DNA from: Nitrospinaceae bacterium
Lineage (GTDB): Bacteria > Nitrospinota > Nitrospinia > Nitrospinales > Nitrospinaceae
Reading direction: 5' to 3'
Length of the DNA: 64,000 bases
Assembly: GCA_965237905.1 (NCBI GenBank)
Contig: OZ250172.1
Span: 480,001 to 544,000 of the forward strand
In this document: positions 63,990-64,000 of the stretch, piece after piece
Layout of the letters: each line of letters starts with the position of its first letter
How positions within the stretch are numbered: the first letter of the stretch is position 1
Notes under the pieces: generated by a model
Told to the model about the DNA's origin: nothing
What the model saw: only the letters and a program-made list of their open reading frames with translations
Database searches by the model: none
Made by a program: the position numbers and the translations under genes

Positions 63990-64000
63990 TTTCGTATCCC

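Overview
A gene-dense bacterial chromosomal window with no rRNA, tRNA, CRISPR array, transposase or integrase that I can support. The gene content (a CydA-like oxidase without CydB, clustered with c-type cytochromes; a type-E SdhABE; glnB-amtB; flagellar export genes) suggests a Nitrospina/Nitrospinota-like nitrite oxidiser. That assignment is inference only. In order, the window holds: the 5' part of motA, a degenerate REC-HD-GYP regulator, a NACHT-FGE protein and housekeeping genes (cinA, purE, tsaC, acpS, lipid A acyltransferase); the flagellar cluster fliL-M-N-O-P-Q-R-flhB-A-F-G-fliA; a probable sigma54/NtrC-type glnB-amtB-porin operon, ltaE and rpoZ; a four-gene bd-like oxidase/cytochrome c operon; hisD, a PAP2-heptosyltransferase fusion, gcvPB, a DASS transporter, sdhABE and a DEAD-box helicase; a ~4.7 kb accessory block; then ligA, two HtrA proteases, hda, an OleC-like ligase and a TPR protein. 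The accessory block (about 49.4-54.1 kb) is the most striking feature. It carries an ECF sigma/zinc anti-sigma pair divergent from four exported proteins: a signal-peptide truncated globin, a cytochrome P460 retaining the cross-link Lys and distal Glu, an unknown protein and an alpha-carbonic anhydrase. It is bounded by intact ligA on one side and an unannotated, decayed copy of the ligA 3' end on the other, which suggests an island inserted into the ligA 3' end.
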